NCBI GenBank assembly: GCA_963674755.2
Contig: CAXXVS010000003.1
Location: 1,312,001-1,376,000, forward strand
Direction of reading: 5' to 3'
Length of the DNA: 64,000 nucleotides
Origin: Desulfobacterales bacterium
GTDB lineage: Bacteria > Desulfobacterota > Desulfobacteria > Desulfobacterales > UBA5852
A program made the translations under genes and the position numbers. Below are positions 10,408-21,616 of the stretch, piece after piece. Position 1 is the stretch's first letter, and each line of letters begins with the position of its first letter. The notes under the pieces are model-generated. The model saw only the letters and a program-made list of their open reading frames with translations, was not told where the DNA came from and did no database searches.

Positions 10408-10443
10408 TTCTAACCAATATACTGCGATGACACGAGGTTTCCA

Positions 10444-12471
10444 TTGGCAGCGCTGAATCCAAAATTCAGCTTGTGGACGGCTCCCGCCAAGATCAAGACG
10501 CCCTATAAATGGGTGATCTTCGCCTTGCTGCTGTCAGGCTACCTGGTATCGGCGCCGTGGCTGCTGACGCAATTGGGAGACGTAGCGCGTATCTTCGTCT
10601 TCGTGTTCACTTTGCCGGTGGCCTTCTTCTGGGGAATGAGGGGGGGCATTGTTGTTTCACTGGCGACCTCGTTTCTGGCCTTCACGCTGCATGTCACTAT
10701 AGGAGTGCCATTCAGCGGCGGCGCCATCGGCCCCATTTTCCTCTTGCTTATAAACGTCATCGTCGGACGGATGTGCGACTTGAGTTTGCGACTCGAAACG
10801 GAGCTTGAGGAAAAACATGAGACGGAAATGGAACTGCAGCGGCACCAAGCCCATCTGGAGAAAAGGATCAGAGAGCGCACCGGCGAATTGACGCGAACCA
10901 ATCGGGAGCTTCAACAGGAGATCGCCGAACGCCGGCAGGTGGCGAACGCACTGAGGGAAAGCGAGGAAAAATACCGTCTCCTGGTCGAAACCGCCAACGA
11001 GGCGATTTTTATCGCACAGGACGGCGTTATCAAGTTCCCAAATCCAAAAACCATCGAGATGACGGGATACTCAGAGCGTGAAGTGGTAGCGATGCCGTTC
11101 GTGAACCTGATCCATCCGGACGACAGAGAAATGGTTGTCGAAAGACACCTCCAAAGACTGAACGGGGAGCGCCCGCCTTCCGACTATTTCTTCCGGATCA
11201 TCGACAAGGCCTGTTCCGAACTGTGGGTTCAGATCAATGCGGCGCCGATCACATGGGAGGGTCGCCCGGCGACGATCAATCTCATCCGGGATGTTACGGA
11301 ACAAAAGCAGTTGGAAGAGCGACTGCGGCAATCCCAGAAAATCGAATCCATCGGCACCTTGGCGGGTGGAATCGCCCACGAGTTCAACAACATCTTGAGC
11401 ATCATCATCGGCAATACCGAACTGGCTCTCTATGAGGTCTCCGAGCAGAGCACGGCGGCAAATCATCTTCAGGAGATCCGCAACGCATCGTTGCGGGCCA
11501 AGGACGTGGTGAACGGAATTCTGAGTTTCGCCCGCATCGCACCGGCGGAGCGCAAACCGGTGCGGGTAGGCGACGCGGCCAGAGAATCCTTGAAGCTGCT
11601 GCGGGCGACCATTCCCGCCACCATCGATATCCGGCCGCACATCACCTGCGATGGGGAAATGATCCTGGCGGATCAAACCGAGATCCATCAGGTGCTCATG
11701 AACCTTTGCACCAACGCGGCTCATGCCATGGGAGGCGCCCCCGGAATACTGCGCGTTACCCTGACGCCCGTTCACCTCGACCGTCCGACAGCTATGGCCT
11801 ACGACGGCCTGAATCCTGGACGCCATGTGCGGTTGTCCGTCGCGGATTCCGGCCAGGGCATCGATCCGAAGGTCAAGGACCGCATTTTCGACCCCTATTT
11901 TACCACCAAGGAGATCGGCCAGGGGATCGGCATGGGGCTGGCGATCGTGTACGGCATCGTAAAGAAAAATGAAGGCGCGGTCCGAATCGAAAGTAAGCGG
12001 GAGCATGGGACCACCGTCGAGGTGCTGTTTCCCCTGATCGAAACCCACATCGCAGCCGAAGCCCCGGAGGGTGGTGTCCTGCCGGTTGGAATCGAACGGA
12101 TTCTGGTCGTGGACGATGAGGCCTCCCTGGTGAAAATGATGACCCAGATGCTTGAAAAACTGGGCTACACGGTTGTCGGCACAACCAGCAGCACGGAAGC
12201 ATTGAGGCTTTTTCAAGCCCAGCCGGAACGCTTCGATCTGGTCATAACGGACATGGCCATGCCGGAAATGGCGGGGGATCGGCTGGCACGGGAATTGTTC
12301 GGCTTACGCCCCACCATACCGGTCATTCTCTGCACAGGCTACAGCGACCGGATCGATGAAAAAAGGGCTGCAGATCTCGGGATCGCTGCTTATTGCATGA
12401 AGCCCGTTGCCACGGATACCCTGGCCAAAGCGGTGCGCAAGGTATTGGATGAAGCCCAACGGCCAAGGTGA
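10444..12471 (+). CDS. Membrane-anchored PAS hybrid sensor histidine kinase
   Basis: N-terminal TM helices, PAS, LAGGIAHEFNN, GQGIGMGL, receiver VVDDE...TDMAMP. Confidence 0.92.
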   Translation: MAALNPKFSLWTAPAKIKTPYKWVIFALLLSGYLVSAPWLLTQLGDVARIFVFVFTLPVAFFWGMRGGIVVSLATSFLAFTLHVTIGVPFSGGAIGPIFLLLINVIVGRMCDLSLRLETELEEKHETEMELQRHQAHLEKRIRERTGELTRTNRELQQEIAERRQVANALRESEEKYRLLVETANEAIFIAQDGVIKFPNPKTIEMTGYSEREVVAMPFVNLIHPDDREMVVERHLQRLNGERPPSDYFFRIIDKACSELWVQINAAPITWEGRPATINLIRDVTEQKQLEERLRQSQKIESIGTLAGGIAHEFNNILSIIIGNTELALYEVSEQSTAANHLQEIRNASLRAKDVVNGILSFARIAPAERKPVRVGDAARESLKLLRATIPATIDIRPHITCDGEMILADQTEIHQVLMNLCTNAAHAMGGAPGILRVTLTPVHLDRPTAMAYDGLNPGRHVRLSVADSGQGIDPKVKDRIFDPYFTTKEIGQGIGMGLAIVYGIVKKNEGAVRIESKREHGTTVEVLFPLIETHIAAEAPEGGVLPVGIERILVVDDEASLVKMMTQMLEKLGYTVVGTTSSTEALRLFQAQPERFDLVITDMAMPEMAGDRLARELFGLRPTIPVILCTGYSDRIDEKRAADLGIAAYCMKPVATDTLAKAVRKVLDEAQRPR

Positions 12472-12520
12472 GGCGGATGATCCCATTCGCTTCATTCGGC
12501 CTTGCCTGAGGCTTCCTTTT

Positions 12521-13312
12521 TTATTGCTTTTCTAACAAGGCTTTCATCATGACCGCATCTTCAAAAGGTTCAGGCGATTCACAAATAAGGGTTATCCGTT
12601 TGCCGTGGCGGATGAGGGCTTCCCTTAGAGGGCGGAAATAGCCGGGCTGGAGGCGGATGTGCTTTTTTTCGCCCTTGGCCGTGTATTCGATGCCTGAAAA
12701 ATGGGCATGAAAGCTTCCGGGGAGGACCGGCATCAGGGCGTCATAGTCGATTACGCCCTGGTTGCGGGCATAGAGGTGGGCGAAGTCCACGGTGATGCCG
12801 CAGCCGGTATCCTGCATCAGCGCCAGCAGTTCTTCCGTGGCGCCAAACTGGGAGGGCTTGCCGGTAACTTCCGGGCATAGGGTGACCGTCCAGTTTTCGT
12901 GGCGGATGTGTTCCTGGAGATCGAGGATCTGGCGGCGGATCATGCGGTAGGTCTCCCGGAGGGAGCGCTTCTGGTAGAAGCCGGCGTGGAAGACCACCTT
13001 GCGGGCGCCCATCAGGTGCGCACGGTGGCAGCTTTCCAAAATGCGCTGGCGGCTGGCCGCGATCTTTTCTTCCTCGTAGGCGGCCAGGTTGATGTAGTAG
13101 GGCGCGTGCACCGAGAGGATCAGGCCGTGCTCCTTGGCCGCGGCTCCGACGGTCTCGGCTATTTCCGGTTTCATCCGCACACCGTAGGTGAATTCGATTT
13201 CCATACAATTCAGCTTCAGGCGCGCGGCCTCCTGGATGCCCTTCACATGGCCCCGGCCGCCGCTGCCGGCCGGGCCGATCAGAATCGATGGTTTTGTGGC
13301 TACCGTTTTCAT
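12521..13312 (-). CDS. nfo: Endonuclease IV-like TIM-barrel protein (archaeal-type Nfo)
   Basis: SVHAPYYINL, VFHAGFY, PEVTGKPSQFG, DFAHLYAR, HFSG and ICESP motifs. Confidence 0.8.
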   Translation of the reverse strand: MKTVATKPSILIGPAGSGGRGHVKGIQEAARLKLNCMEIEFTYGVRMKPEIAETVGAAAKEHGLILSVHAPYYINLAAYEEEKIAASRQRILESCHRAHLMGARKVVFHAGFYQKRSLRETYRMIRRQILDLQEHIRHENWTVTLCPEVTGKPSQFGATEELLALMQDTGCGITVDFAHLYARNQGVIDYDALMPVLPGSFHAHFSGIEYTAKGEKKHIRLQPGYFRPLREALIRHGKRITLICESPEPFEDAVMMKALLEKQ

Positions 13313-13550
13313 CCGGCCGACCCTATCGAAATTTGGCAGGCATGGCAATGGTCACGGCCGGTCTGGTGGCGTCCCTTTCAGAGCTGCCGCGACATTCACC
13401 TGACAGCCGGCTGTCCTCTATTTCAACTTGCGGGAATGATGGTGTTCAGCCCGCATCCGACGGCAATACCTAACCTCGTCTTCCTGATCTTCTGATGAAT
13501 TCCCAAAGTTGATCCATGGGTTTTTCAAATTCAATTTAGGCGAACGCCAG

Positions 13551-13587
13551 AATTTGTCTTGACAACTTAACCAATTTACCTTAATTT
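13551..13587 (+). promoter_or_regulatory. sigma70 promoter with a GntR/HutC-type operator over the -35 box
   Basis: TTGACA (13559-13564), 17-bp spacer, TAATTT (13582-13587). Palindrome TTGTC-TT-GACAA at 13554-13565. Confidence 0.65.
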
Positions 13588-13616
13588 GCCCCCTAATTTT
13601 ATAGGTGCCATGTCGT

Positions 13617-14348
13617 ATGCTGAATAATCAATCGCCCATACCCCTCTACCACCAACTGGCCGACCTCCTGACCGCCCGGATTCGGGGAGGCGATTATGCC
13701 GTGGGCGATCGGATTCCTTCCGAGCACCAGCTGGCGGAGGCTTACGGCATCGGGCGGCCTACCGTCCGGCAGGCCATCGATATGCTGGTGCGCCGCCACA
13801 TGTTGGTGCGCCGGCGGGGTTCGGGCACCTATGTGGCCGCGGCCGAACACGAGCTCGACTTGTTTTCCCTGGCCGGCACCACATCGGCCTTTCAGCGCCA
13901 GGGCCTGACGGTGGATACCCGGGTGCGCTGCAAGCTCAAAAGGACGGCCGTCAAACATGACAGCGACAACCCCTTCAACGGAGGAGAGGCCTTTTTCTTC
14001 TCCCGGCGCAGTTTGGTGGACGACGTCCCGGTGCTGATCGAAGACCTCTACCTGCACCCGGACCTCTTCAACGGCATCGACCGGATCGATCTGGAAGGCC
14101 GTTCCATCGCCGATATCGCGGCGGAGCGCTACTATATGCGGCCCACCCGCGGGCGGCAGAATTTTCGAATCGGCTATCTGCAGGGCGCCCGGGCCAAGGA
14201 TCTCGGGGTTTCGTCAACCACACCGATTCTGGCCGTCAAGCGCTACCTGCATTTCCCCCAGGCGGACAACGCCATCTACGCCGAGTTGTTCTGCCGTACG
14301 GATCAATTTGTTTTTTCCCAGACCATCGGAGGACTGGCGGATGAATAG
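13617..14348 (+). CDS. GntR family regulator, HutC/UTRA subfamily
   Basis: wHTH PLYHQL...IPSEHQL...TVRQAI...RGSGTYV plus a UTRA-sized C-terminal domain; overlaps the trpB start. Confidence 0.9.
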   Translation: MLNNQSPIPLYHQLADLLTARIRGGDYAVGDRIPSEHQLAEAYGIGRPTVRQAIDMLVRRHMLVRRRGSGTYVAAAEHELDLFSLAGTTSAFQRQGLTVDTRVRCKLKRTAVKHDSDNPFNGGEAFFFSRRSLVDDVPVLIEDLYLHPDLFNGIDRIDLEGRSIADIAAERYYMRPTRGRQNFRIGYLQGARAKDLGVSSTTPILAVKRYLHFPQADNAIYAELFCRTDQFVFSQTIGGLADE

Positions 14349-15576
14349 AAATGGCTATTATGCAGACTTCGGCGGGGCTTTCCTGCCGGAGATCCTGGTG
14401 TCAACGTTCGATGAATTGACCGCGGCCTTCGCCAAGGCCAAGGCGGACCCGGCCTTCTGGGAGGAATACGCGGCTTTGATGGGATCCTATTCCTGCCGGC
14501 CGACGCCCCTGACCTTTGCCGAAAACCTGACCCGTCAGCTGGGCGGGGCCCGGATTTATGTCAAGCGCGAGGATCTCAACCACACCGGAGCCCACAAGGC
14601 CAACAACGTCATGGGCCAGGGGTTGCTGGTCAAACGCATGGGCAAGACCCGCGTGATCGCGGAAACCGGGGCCGGCCAGCATGGGGTCGCCACGGCCACC
14701 ATGGCGGCGCGCTTCGGCTTCGACTGCACCATCTATATGGGCGAAGTGGACGTGGAACGCCAACGCCCCAACGTCTTCTGGATGGAGCAGCTGGGGGCCA
14801 CGGTCGTCCCGGTCAAGGACGGTACGCGTATTCTAAAGGATGCCATCAATGAGGCGTTCCGCGACTGGGTTTCCAACATGGACAATACCCACTACGTTTT
14901 TGGGACGGCCTGCGGACCCCACCCTTACCCGGAGATGGTGGCCTGGTTTCAGTCCATCATCGGGCGGGAGGCCCGGGAACAAGTGCTGGCCTGTGAAAAA
15001 CGGCTGCCCTCCCGGATCTACGCCTGCGTGGGGGGCGGCTCCAACGCCATGGGGATCTTCAGCGGGTTCCTGGACGATCCCGACGTGGCGCTCGTGGGCG
15101 TCGAAGCCGGTGGGCGTGGTTTGGATTCCGGTGCCCACGCTTCCCGCCTGTGCTCCGACGATGCATCCGTAGGCGTTGCCCAGGGCTATAAGACCTATTT
15201 TCTCCAGAACGTCGAAGGCCAGATGAAGGAGACCCACAGCATCGCGGCGGGGCTGGACTACGTCGGGGTTTCCCCGATTCTCTCCCATTTAAAGGAAACC
15301 GGCCGGGTCCGCTTTGCGGTGGCCACGGACGGGGAGGTGGTGGAGGCCATGCGCCTGGCCATCCGCAAGGAGGGACTGATCCCGGCCCTGGAATCGGCCC
15401 ATGCCTTTGTACAGGCCTTCAAGGACGCCCCCACCATGGGTCCCGAAGAGGTCATCATCATCAACCAGTCAGGCCGCGGCGACAAGGATATCTTCACGGT
15501 GGCGGATGCTTTCCAGGATCCGGGCTGGCGTGAGTTCATCATTAAGAAAGCGGCGCAGTACCAGGGGATGGCGTAG
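14341..15576 (+). CDS. trpB: Tryptophan synthase beta chain
   Basis: KREDLNHTGAHK, ETGAGQHG, CVGGGSN, SGRGDKD. Confidence 0.95.
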   Translation: MNRNGYYADFGGAFLPEILVSTFDELTAAFAKAKADPAFWEEYAALMGSYSCRPTPLTFAENLTRQLGGARIYVKREDLNHTGAHKANNVMGQGLLVKRMGKTRVIAETGAGQHGVATATMAARFGFDCTIYMGEVDVERQRPNVFWMEQLGATVVPVKDGTRILKDAINEAFRDWVSNMDNTHYVFGTACGPHPYPEMVAWFQSIIGREAREQVLACEKRLPSRIYACVGGGSNAMGIFSGFLDDPDVALVGVEAGGRGLDSGAHASRLCSDDASVGVAQGYKTYFLQNVEGQMKETHSIAAGLDYVGVSPILSHLKETGRVRFAVATDGEVVEAMRLAIRKEGLIPALESAHAFVQAFKDAPTMGPEEVIIINQSGRGDKDIFTVADAFQDPGWREFIIKKAAQYQGMA

Positions 15577-15674
15577 GTTCTACAGCCTCTGGGAATGCCT
15601 CGGAGAGGTTCTGCCAATCCGGGGTGCTTTTCATCGAAGGTTTCTTCCTTAAATCTCATTTTTCCGAGGCGATC

Positions 15675-16436
15675 ATGCTTGAAGCATATTTAAAGCAGCG
15701 GCGGCAAGAGAAGGATATTCTCCTGATGACCCATATCGTGGCGGGCTACCCGAGCTGGGAGGCCTGCACCGCGATGGTGGACGCCATGGTGGCGGCCGGC
15801 GTGGATCTGATGGAAATGCAAATTCCCTTTTCGGAGCCCATGGCCGACGGCCCCGTGATCCTCAAGGCCAATCAGGATGCCCTGGAGCGCGGGGTGACGG
15901 TGGCCCGCTGTTTGGCATTCGGCCGGGAAATGGCCCGGCGCCACAAAATCCCGTTTCTCTACATGACCTATTACAATATTCTCTTCCGCCACGGTGTCGA
16001 CGAGTTCGTGGCCGAGATGGCCGACAGCGGCATCCAAGGCGCCATCGTGCCGGATCTGCCACCCGAGGAGGGCGAAGATTATCTTCAGGCCATGAACCGT
16101 CACAGGCGCCATCCGATATTCATTTTTTCCCCCACGACTTCGGATGAACGTCTTCACTATCTGGCGTCCTTTGCGAAGGGCTTTGTCTACTGTGTGGCCC
16201 GCAAGGGCGTCACCGGTATGGATACACGGTTTACGGATGAACTAGGCGCCTATCTGGCCCGCTGCCGCCGCGTCACCGATCTCCCCTTAGCCCTTGGTTT
16301 CGGGGTCAAAGACAAGACGGATGTGGCGTTTCTCAAGGGCAAGGCCGACATCGCGGTGATCGGCACCCAGACCCTGCGCCTGGTGGATAGTCAGGGGGTC
16401 GGCGCCGTGGGGGATTTTATCCGGGAATTGCAGTAA
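15675..16436 (+). CDS. trpA: Tryptophan synthase alpha chain
   Basis: EMQIPFSEPMADGPVI, MTYYN, PDLPPEE, RKGVTG, LGFGV. Confidence 0.95.
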   Translation: MLEAYLKQRRQEKDILLMTHIVAGYPSWEACTAMVDAMVAAGVDLMEMQIPFSEPMADGPVILKANQDALERGVTVARCLAFGREMARRHKIPFLYMTYYNILFRHGVDEFVAEMADSGIQGAIVPDLPPEEGEDYLQAMNRHRRHPIFIFSPTTSDERLHYLASFAKGFVYCVARKGVTGMDTRFTDELGAYLARCRRVTDLPLALGFGVKDKTDVAFLKGKADIAVIGTQTLRLVDSQGVGAVGDFIRELQ

Positions 16437-16591
16437 CGATCGCACGCTACAGGTGCGGCAAGATCATAAGGCGTCGCGGGGCTGAGGAGGCAAGGGCCCG
16501 AGAAAAGATCGACATTGCAGCTGGATCATATTCACAAGAAGCGCGCCGCGGCATAGGGACCGGCGGTGCTCTTCTAAAAAGGAGGACGACA

Positions 16592-17764
16592 ATGGGTAGA
16601 CGGCTTCTGATAGTGCTGTGTGCGGTGGCGGTGTTGGCCGCAGTGCCGGTCCAGGCGGTGGAACCGGTTAAAATCGGCATGATAACGACCTTGTCCACCA
16701 AGGCCGGTTATCTGGGGGAAGACATCCGGGACGGTTTTCAGCTCGCCATCCAGCAGGAAGACGGCAAGCTGGGCGGTGTGCCGGTGGACCTGCTCGTGGA
16801 AGACGACGGCCGCAAACCGGGAAAAGCCAAGCAGATCGCCGAGCGTTTCATGCAGCGGGACAAGGTGAAGCTCATGACCGGCATCGTATTTTCCAACGTG
16901 GCCATCGCCGTGGTGCCCAAAGTGGTGCAAGATGGCGTGATCTATATCAGCGCCAATGCCGGACCGTCCCTGTTGGCGGGCAAGGGCTGCCACCCGAATT
17001 ACTTCAATGTGGCCTACCAGAACGACAATATCGACGAGGTGGTGGGCAAGTATGTGACCGAATCCGGCTTCAAAAACGTTTATCTGTTGGCGCCCAACTA
17101 TCCGGCCGGCAAGGATCATCTGACCGGCTTCAAGCGGTACTACGAAGGCGCCATCGCGGGGGAGGTCTACACCAAGCTGGGTCAATCGGACTATGCCGCC
17201 GAAATCGCCGCCCTGCGGGCCGCCAAGCCCGATGCGGTTTACTTTTTTCTGCCCGGCGGGATGGGCATCAATTTCATCAAACAATACGCCCAGGCCGGGC
17301 TGAGTCAGGATATCCCGGTTTTCGGACCGGCCTTTTCCTTTGACGAACGCCTGCTCCAGGCCGTCAAGGATTCGGCTCTGGGGGTCAAAAACGGATCCCA
17401 GTGGAGCCACGACCTGGACAATCCGGCCAACCGGCAATTCGTGGCGGCCTTCCGCAAGGCCTACGGCCGGACGCCTACCCTTTACGCCAGCCAGGGGTAT
17501 GATGCCGCCCGGCTCATCGGAAGCGCCCTCAAAGCGGTGGGCGGCGACGTGTCCAAGACGGACGCCCTGCGTCAGGCCATCCGCCTGGCCGACTTTGAGA
17601 GTGTGCGCGGCAAGTTCGCCTTCTCCGCCAACCAGCACCCGGTGCAGGACCTCTACATCCGCGAGGTGGTCAAAGCGCCCGACGGCACTTACACCAACAA
17701 GACCTTGAAGGCGGTCTTCACGGACCACAGCAATGTGTACGTCGAAGAGTGCAAAATGAAATAG
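16592..17764 (+). CDS. ABC transporter substrate-binding protein (LivJ-like, aromatic-acid-binding type)
   Basis: Signal peptide; SANAGPS, APNYPAGKD, FLPGGMGINF. Confidence 0.88.
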   Translation: MGRRLLIVLCAVAVLAAVPVQAVEPVKIGMITTLSTKAGYLGEDIRDGFQLAIQQEDGKLGGVPVDLLVEDDGRKPGKAKQIAERFMQRDKVKLMTGIVFSNVAIAVVPKVVQDGVIYISANAGPSLLAGKGCHPNYFNVAYQNDNIDEVVGKYVTESGFKNVYLLAPNYPAGKDHLTGFKRYYEGAIAGEVYTKLGQSDYAAEIAALRAAKPDAVYFFLPGGMGINFIKQYAQAGLSQDIPVFGPAFSFDERLLQAVKDSALGVKNGSQWSHDLDNPANRQFVAAFRKAYGRTPTLYASQGYDAARLIGSALKAVGGDVSKTDALRQAIRLADFESVRGKFAFSANQHPVQDLYIREVVKAPDGTYTNKTLKAVFTDHSNVYVEECKMK

Positions 17765-17911
17765 TGCCTTTTCAGAAGGGGCATCTGGCAGCCCAGGCCG
17801 GCGTTCTCGCGTTTTCGCAATCCTCGACGTAGCCTGCTACGCCTGCGGTCTGCGAAAACGCTGCGGCCTTGGCCTGAACCACCATCTACCGCTTCTGAAA
17901 AGGCGCACTAT
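17761..17911. repeat. Nested palindromic REP/MITE-like element
   Basis: 13-bp stem 17766-17778/17892-17904, inner stem GCGTTTTCGCA/TGCGAAAACGC, core CGTAG-CCTG-CTACG. Confidence 0.8.
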
Positions 17912-18066
17912 ACTGGCTGACCAGAACTGAAAATCCTCATTTCTGGAGCGAACACAGCGATCCATTGTCATCGGTTGTTTAAGGAGAAATTCTCCAACCT
18001 AAACCATAGGACGTCCGACCCACTATCGGGGCGGACAGTCTGCTGGTATGCCGCATTGCAGGTTTC

Positions 18067-18978
18067 ATGCTGCTTTTTATCGAACAATTGTTAAACGGGC
18101 TCCAGTTGGGGATCATGCTGTTTTTGATGTCCACCGGGTTGACCCTGGTGTTCGGGATCATGCAGGTGATCAATCTGGCCCACGGCTCGTTTTACATGAT
18201 CGGGGCCTATGTGGGGGCCACGGTTGCGGCGCGAACGGGCTCTTTTCTTCTGGGGCTCCTGGCCGCGCTGCCGGCGGCCGCCCTGGCGGGGATGCTGGTG
18301 GAGACGACCGTGCTGCGGCGCCTTTATAAAAAGGACCACCTGGACCAGGTGCTGGCCACCTTTGGCCTGATCATGTTTTTCAACGAATTGACGCGCATCA
18401 TCTGGGGCCGTCAGCCCTTGTTCATGGATGTGCCCGCCTGGCTGGCGGGCAGCATCGAACTCATCCCGGGAGTGCCGTATCCCAGCTATCGGTTGGCCGT
18501 GATTGCGGTGGGCATCCTGGTGGGGGTGCTGCTCTACCTGCTCTTTACCCGCACCCGCATCGGCATGCAGATCCGGGCCGGGGCCAGCAACCGGGAGATG
18601 GCCGGCGCCCTGGGGGTGAACATCAAACTCCTGTATACGCTTGTTTTCGGTCTGGGAACCCTGCTGGCCGGACTGGCCGGCGTGATGGCGGGTCCCATCC
18701 TGGCGGTGGAGGCCGGCATGGGGGAAAGTGTTTTGATCCTGACCTTCGTGGTGATCGTCATCGGCGGGATCGGCTCCATTCGCGGCGCCCTGGTGGGGGC
18801 CCTCCTGGTGGGTATGGTGGACACCCTGGGACGGGCCTTCCTGCCCGCTCTGCTGCGGCTGTTTCTCTCCCCGGCCTATGCTGACGGGGCGGCCGCGTCT
18901 CTGGCGTCCATGTCGGTCTACCTGCTGATGGCGGGGATCCTGGTATGGCGCCCCAAAGGCCTCCTGCCGGCTTCGTGA
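18067..18978 (+). CDS. Branched-chain-type ABC permease (LivH-like)
   Basis: GLTLVFGIMQVINLAHG, VIGGIGS. Confidence 0.9.
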   Translation: MLLFIEQLLNGLQLGIMLFLMSTGLTLVFGIMQVINLAHGSFYMIGAYVGATVAARTGSFLLGLLAALPAAALAGMLVETTVLRRLYKKDHLDQVLATFGLIMFFNELTRIIWGRQPLFMDVPAWLAGSIELIPGVPYPSYRLAVIAVGILVGVLLYLLFTRTRIGMQIRAGASNREMAGALGVNIKLLYTLVFGLGTLLAGLAGVMAGPILAVEAGMGESVLILTFVVIVIGGIGSIRGALVGALLVGMVDTLGRAFLPALLRLFLSPAYADGAAASLASMSVYLLMAGILVWRPKGLLPAS

Positions 18979-19089
18979 GATGACCAATATCGGCGTGGTG
19001 CGGCGTTCCTCGTCAGTGCGGCGTACCTGATGTACGCCTTCCTCCTCGGAACTTGCACGCCTTGATCTTGGTCATCTCACGAAGCCGGC
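18966..19089. repeat. Nested palindromic REP/MITE-like element overlapping the permease stop codon
   Basis: 22-bp perfect stem 18966-18987/19068-19089; core GGCGTAC-CTGAT-GTACGCC. Confidence 0.85.
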
Positions 19090-19128
19090 TAAGACTATTT
19101 TTATTGCGTAATGTCCGATTTTGGACCA

Positions 19129-20122
<994 letters not shown>

Positions 20123-20130
<8 letters not shown>

Positions 20131-20896
20131 ACCGCTGCTTGCCGCTCGCTCCCTTTACAAGCACTTCGGTGCGGTCCAGGCCAGCAACAACTTTTCCCTG
20201 GAGGTGGCCCGGGGTGAACTGCATGCCCTGATCGGTCCCAACGGCGCCGGCAAGACCACGGCCCTCAATCAGTTGAGCGGCGAGCTGGCGCCGAACAGGG
20301 GCGAGATCTATTTCGACGGCCGTCGGATTACTCACCTGCCGGTCCACCGGCGGGCCCGCCGGGGCCTGGCGCGTTCCTATCAGATCACTTCGGTGTTCGA
20401 TCAGCTCACGGTTGAGCAAAACCTGGCCCTGGCCATCCAGGCCCACAACGGCCACAGTTTCCGCTTCTGGCGCAAGGCGGTCGACGATCCGGTGATCCGG
20501 CAGGCCATCGGGCCGGCCCTGGAACGGGTGGGGCTGGAGGCGCGCGCGCCTATACCGGCGGCTAATCTGTCCCATGGCGAAAAGCGGCAACTGGAAGTGG
20601 GTATGGCCCTGGCCGGCCACCCGAAAATGCTCCTTCTGGACGAGCCCTATGCCGGCATGGGCCCCGGCGGCGCCGTGGAATTGACCAAACTGTTCCGGCG
20701 CCTGAAAACCGAAGTGACCATTTTGCTGGTGGAACACGACATGCAGGCCGTTTTCGCCCTGGCCGACCGCATTACGGTGCTGGTCTATGGCACCGCTATC
20801 GCCAGCGGTACGCCGGACGAAATCCGCAACCATCCCGAGGTCCGGCAGGCCTACCTGGGTGATGAAGTCGTTCCCGAAGGAAGCGTCCATGCTTGA
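20123..20896 (+). CDS. ABC ATP-binding protein (LivG-like)
   Basis: GPNGAGKTT, LSHGEKR, LLLDEP, VEHD. Confidence 0.92.
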
Positions 20897-21590
20897 TGTC
20901 GCCCAAATCGAGACCTTCTACGGTGCCAGCCAGGCCCTGTTCGGCATCAGCCTTACAGTGCCGGAGGGCGAGGTGGCGGCCCTGCTGGGCCGCAACGGCA
21001 TGGGCAAGAGCACCACCCTGCGCTCCATTATGGGCCTGACGCCAATCCGGGCTGGGCGGATCGTCTTTCACGGAAAAGAGATCCACCGCAAGCCGGCCTA
21101 TGCCATTGCCCGCTCGGGGATCGGGCTCGTGCCCGAAGGGCGGCAAATTTTTCCCAGCCTTACGGTGGTGGAAAACATGCTGGCCACGGCCACCCGGCCC
21201 ACCGGACACGGCACCCGCTGGACCCTGGACGCCATTTACGACCTGTTTCCGTCTTTGAAAGCGCGCGAACGCCATTTCGGCAACCAGCTTTCGGGGGGAG
21301 AGCAGCAAATGCTCGCCATCGGCCGGGCCCTCATGACCCATCCCCAATTGCTGTTGCTGGACGAAGCCACCGAAGGCCTGGCCCCGAAGATCCGCAGTCA
21401 GATCTGGCGCTGCCTGGAAATCTTAAAACAACAGGGCCTTTCCATTTTGGTGGTCGATAAAAACGTGGAGGCCCTGCTGCGGATTTGCGACCGGCTGTTT
21501 GTCATTCAGAAAGGCCGCAACGTTTGGCAGGGAACACCGGCCCAGTTCCAGGCCGATCCGGCCATCCGGCAGGATTATTTAGGGATTTGA
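20889..21590 (+). CDS. ABC ATP-binding protein (LivF-like)
   Basis: GRNGMGKST, LSGGEQQ, LLLDEA. Confidence 0.92.
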   Translation: MLDVAQIETFYGASQALFGISLTVPEGEVAALLGRNGMGKSTTLRSIMGLTPIRAGRIVFHGKEIHRKPAYAIARSGIGLVPEGRQIFPSLTVVENMLATATRPTGHGTRWTLDAIYDLFPSLKARERHFGNQLSGGEQQMLAIGRALMTHPQLLLLDEATEGLAPKIRSQIWRCLEILKQQGLSILVVDKNVEALLRICDRLFVIQKGRNVWQGTPAQFQADPAIRQDYLGI

Positions 21591-21616
21591 GGCGGCCGTT
21601 CCGGACGGGCGCCGGA

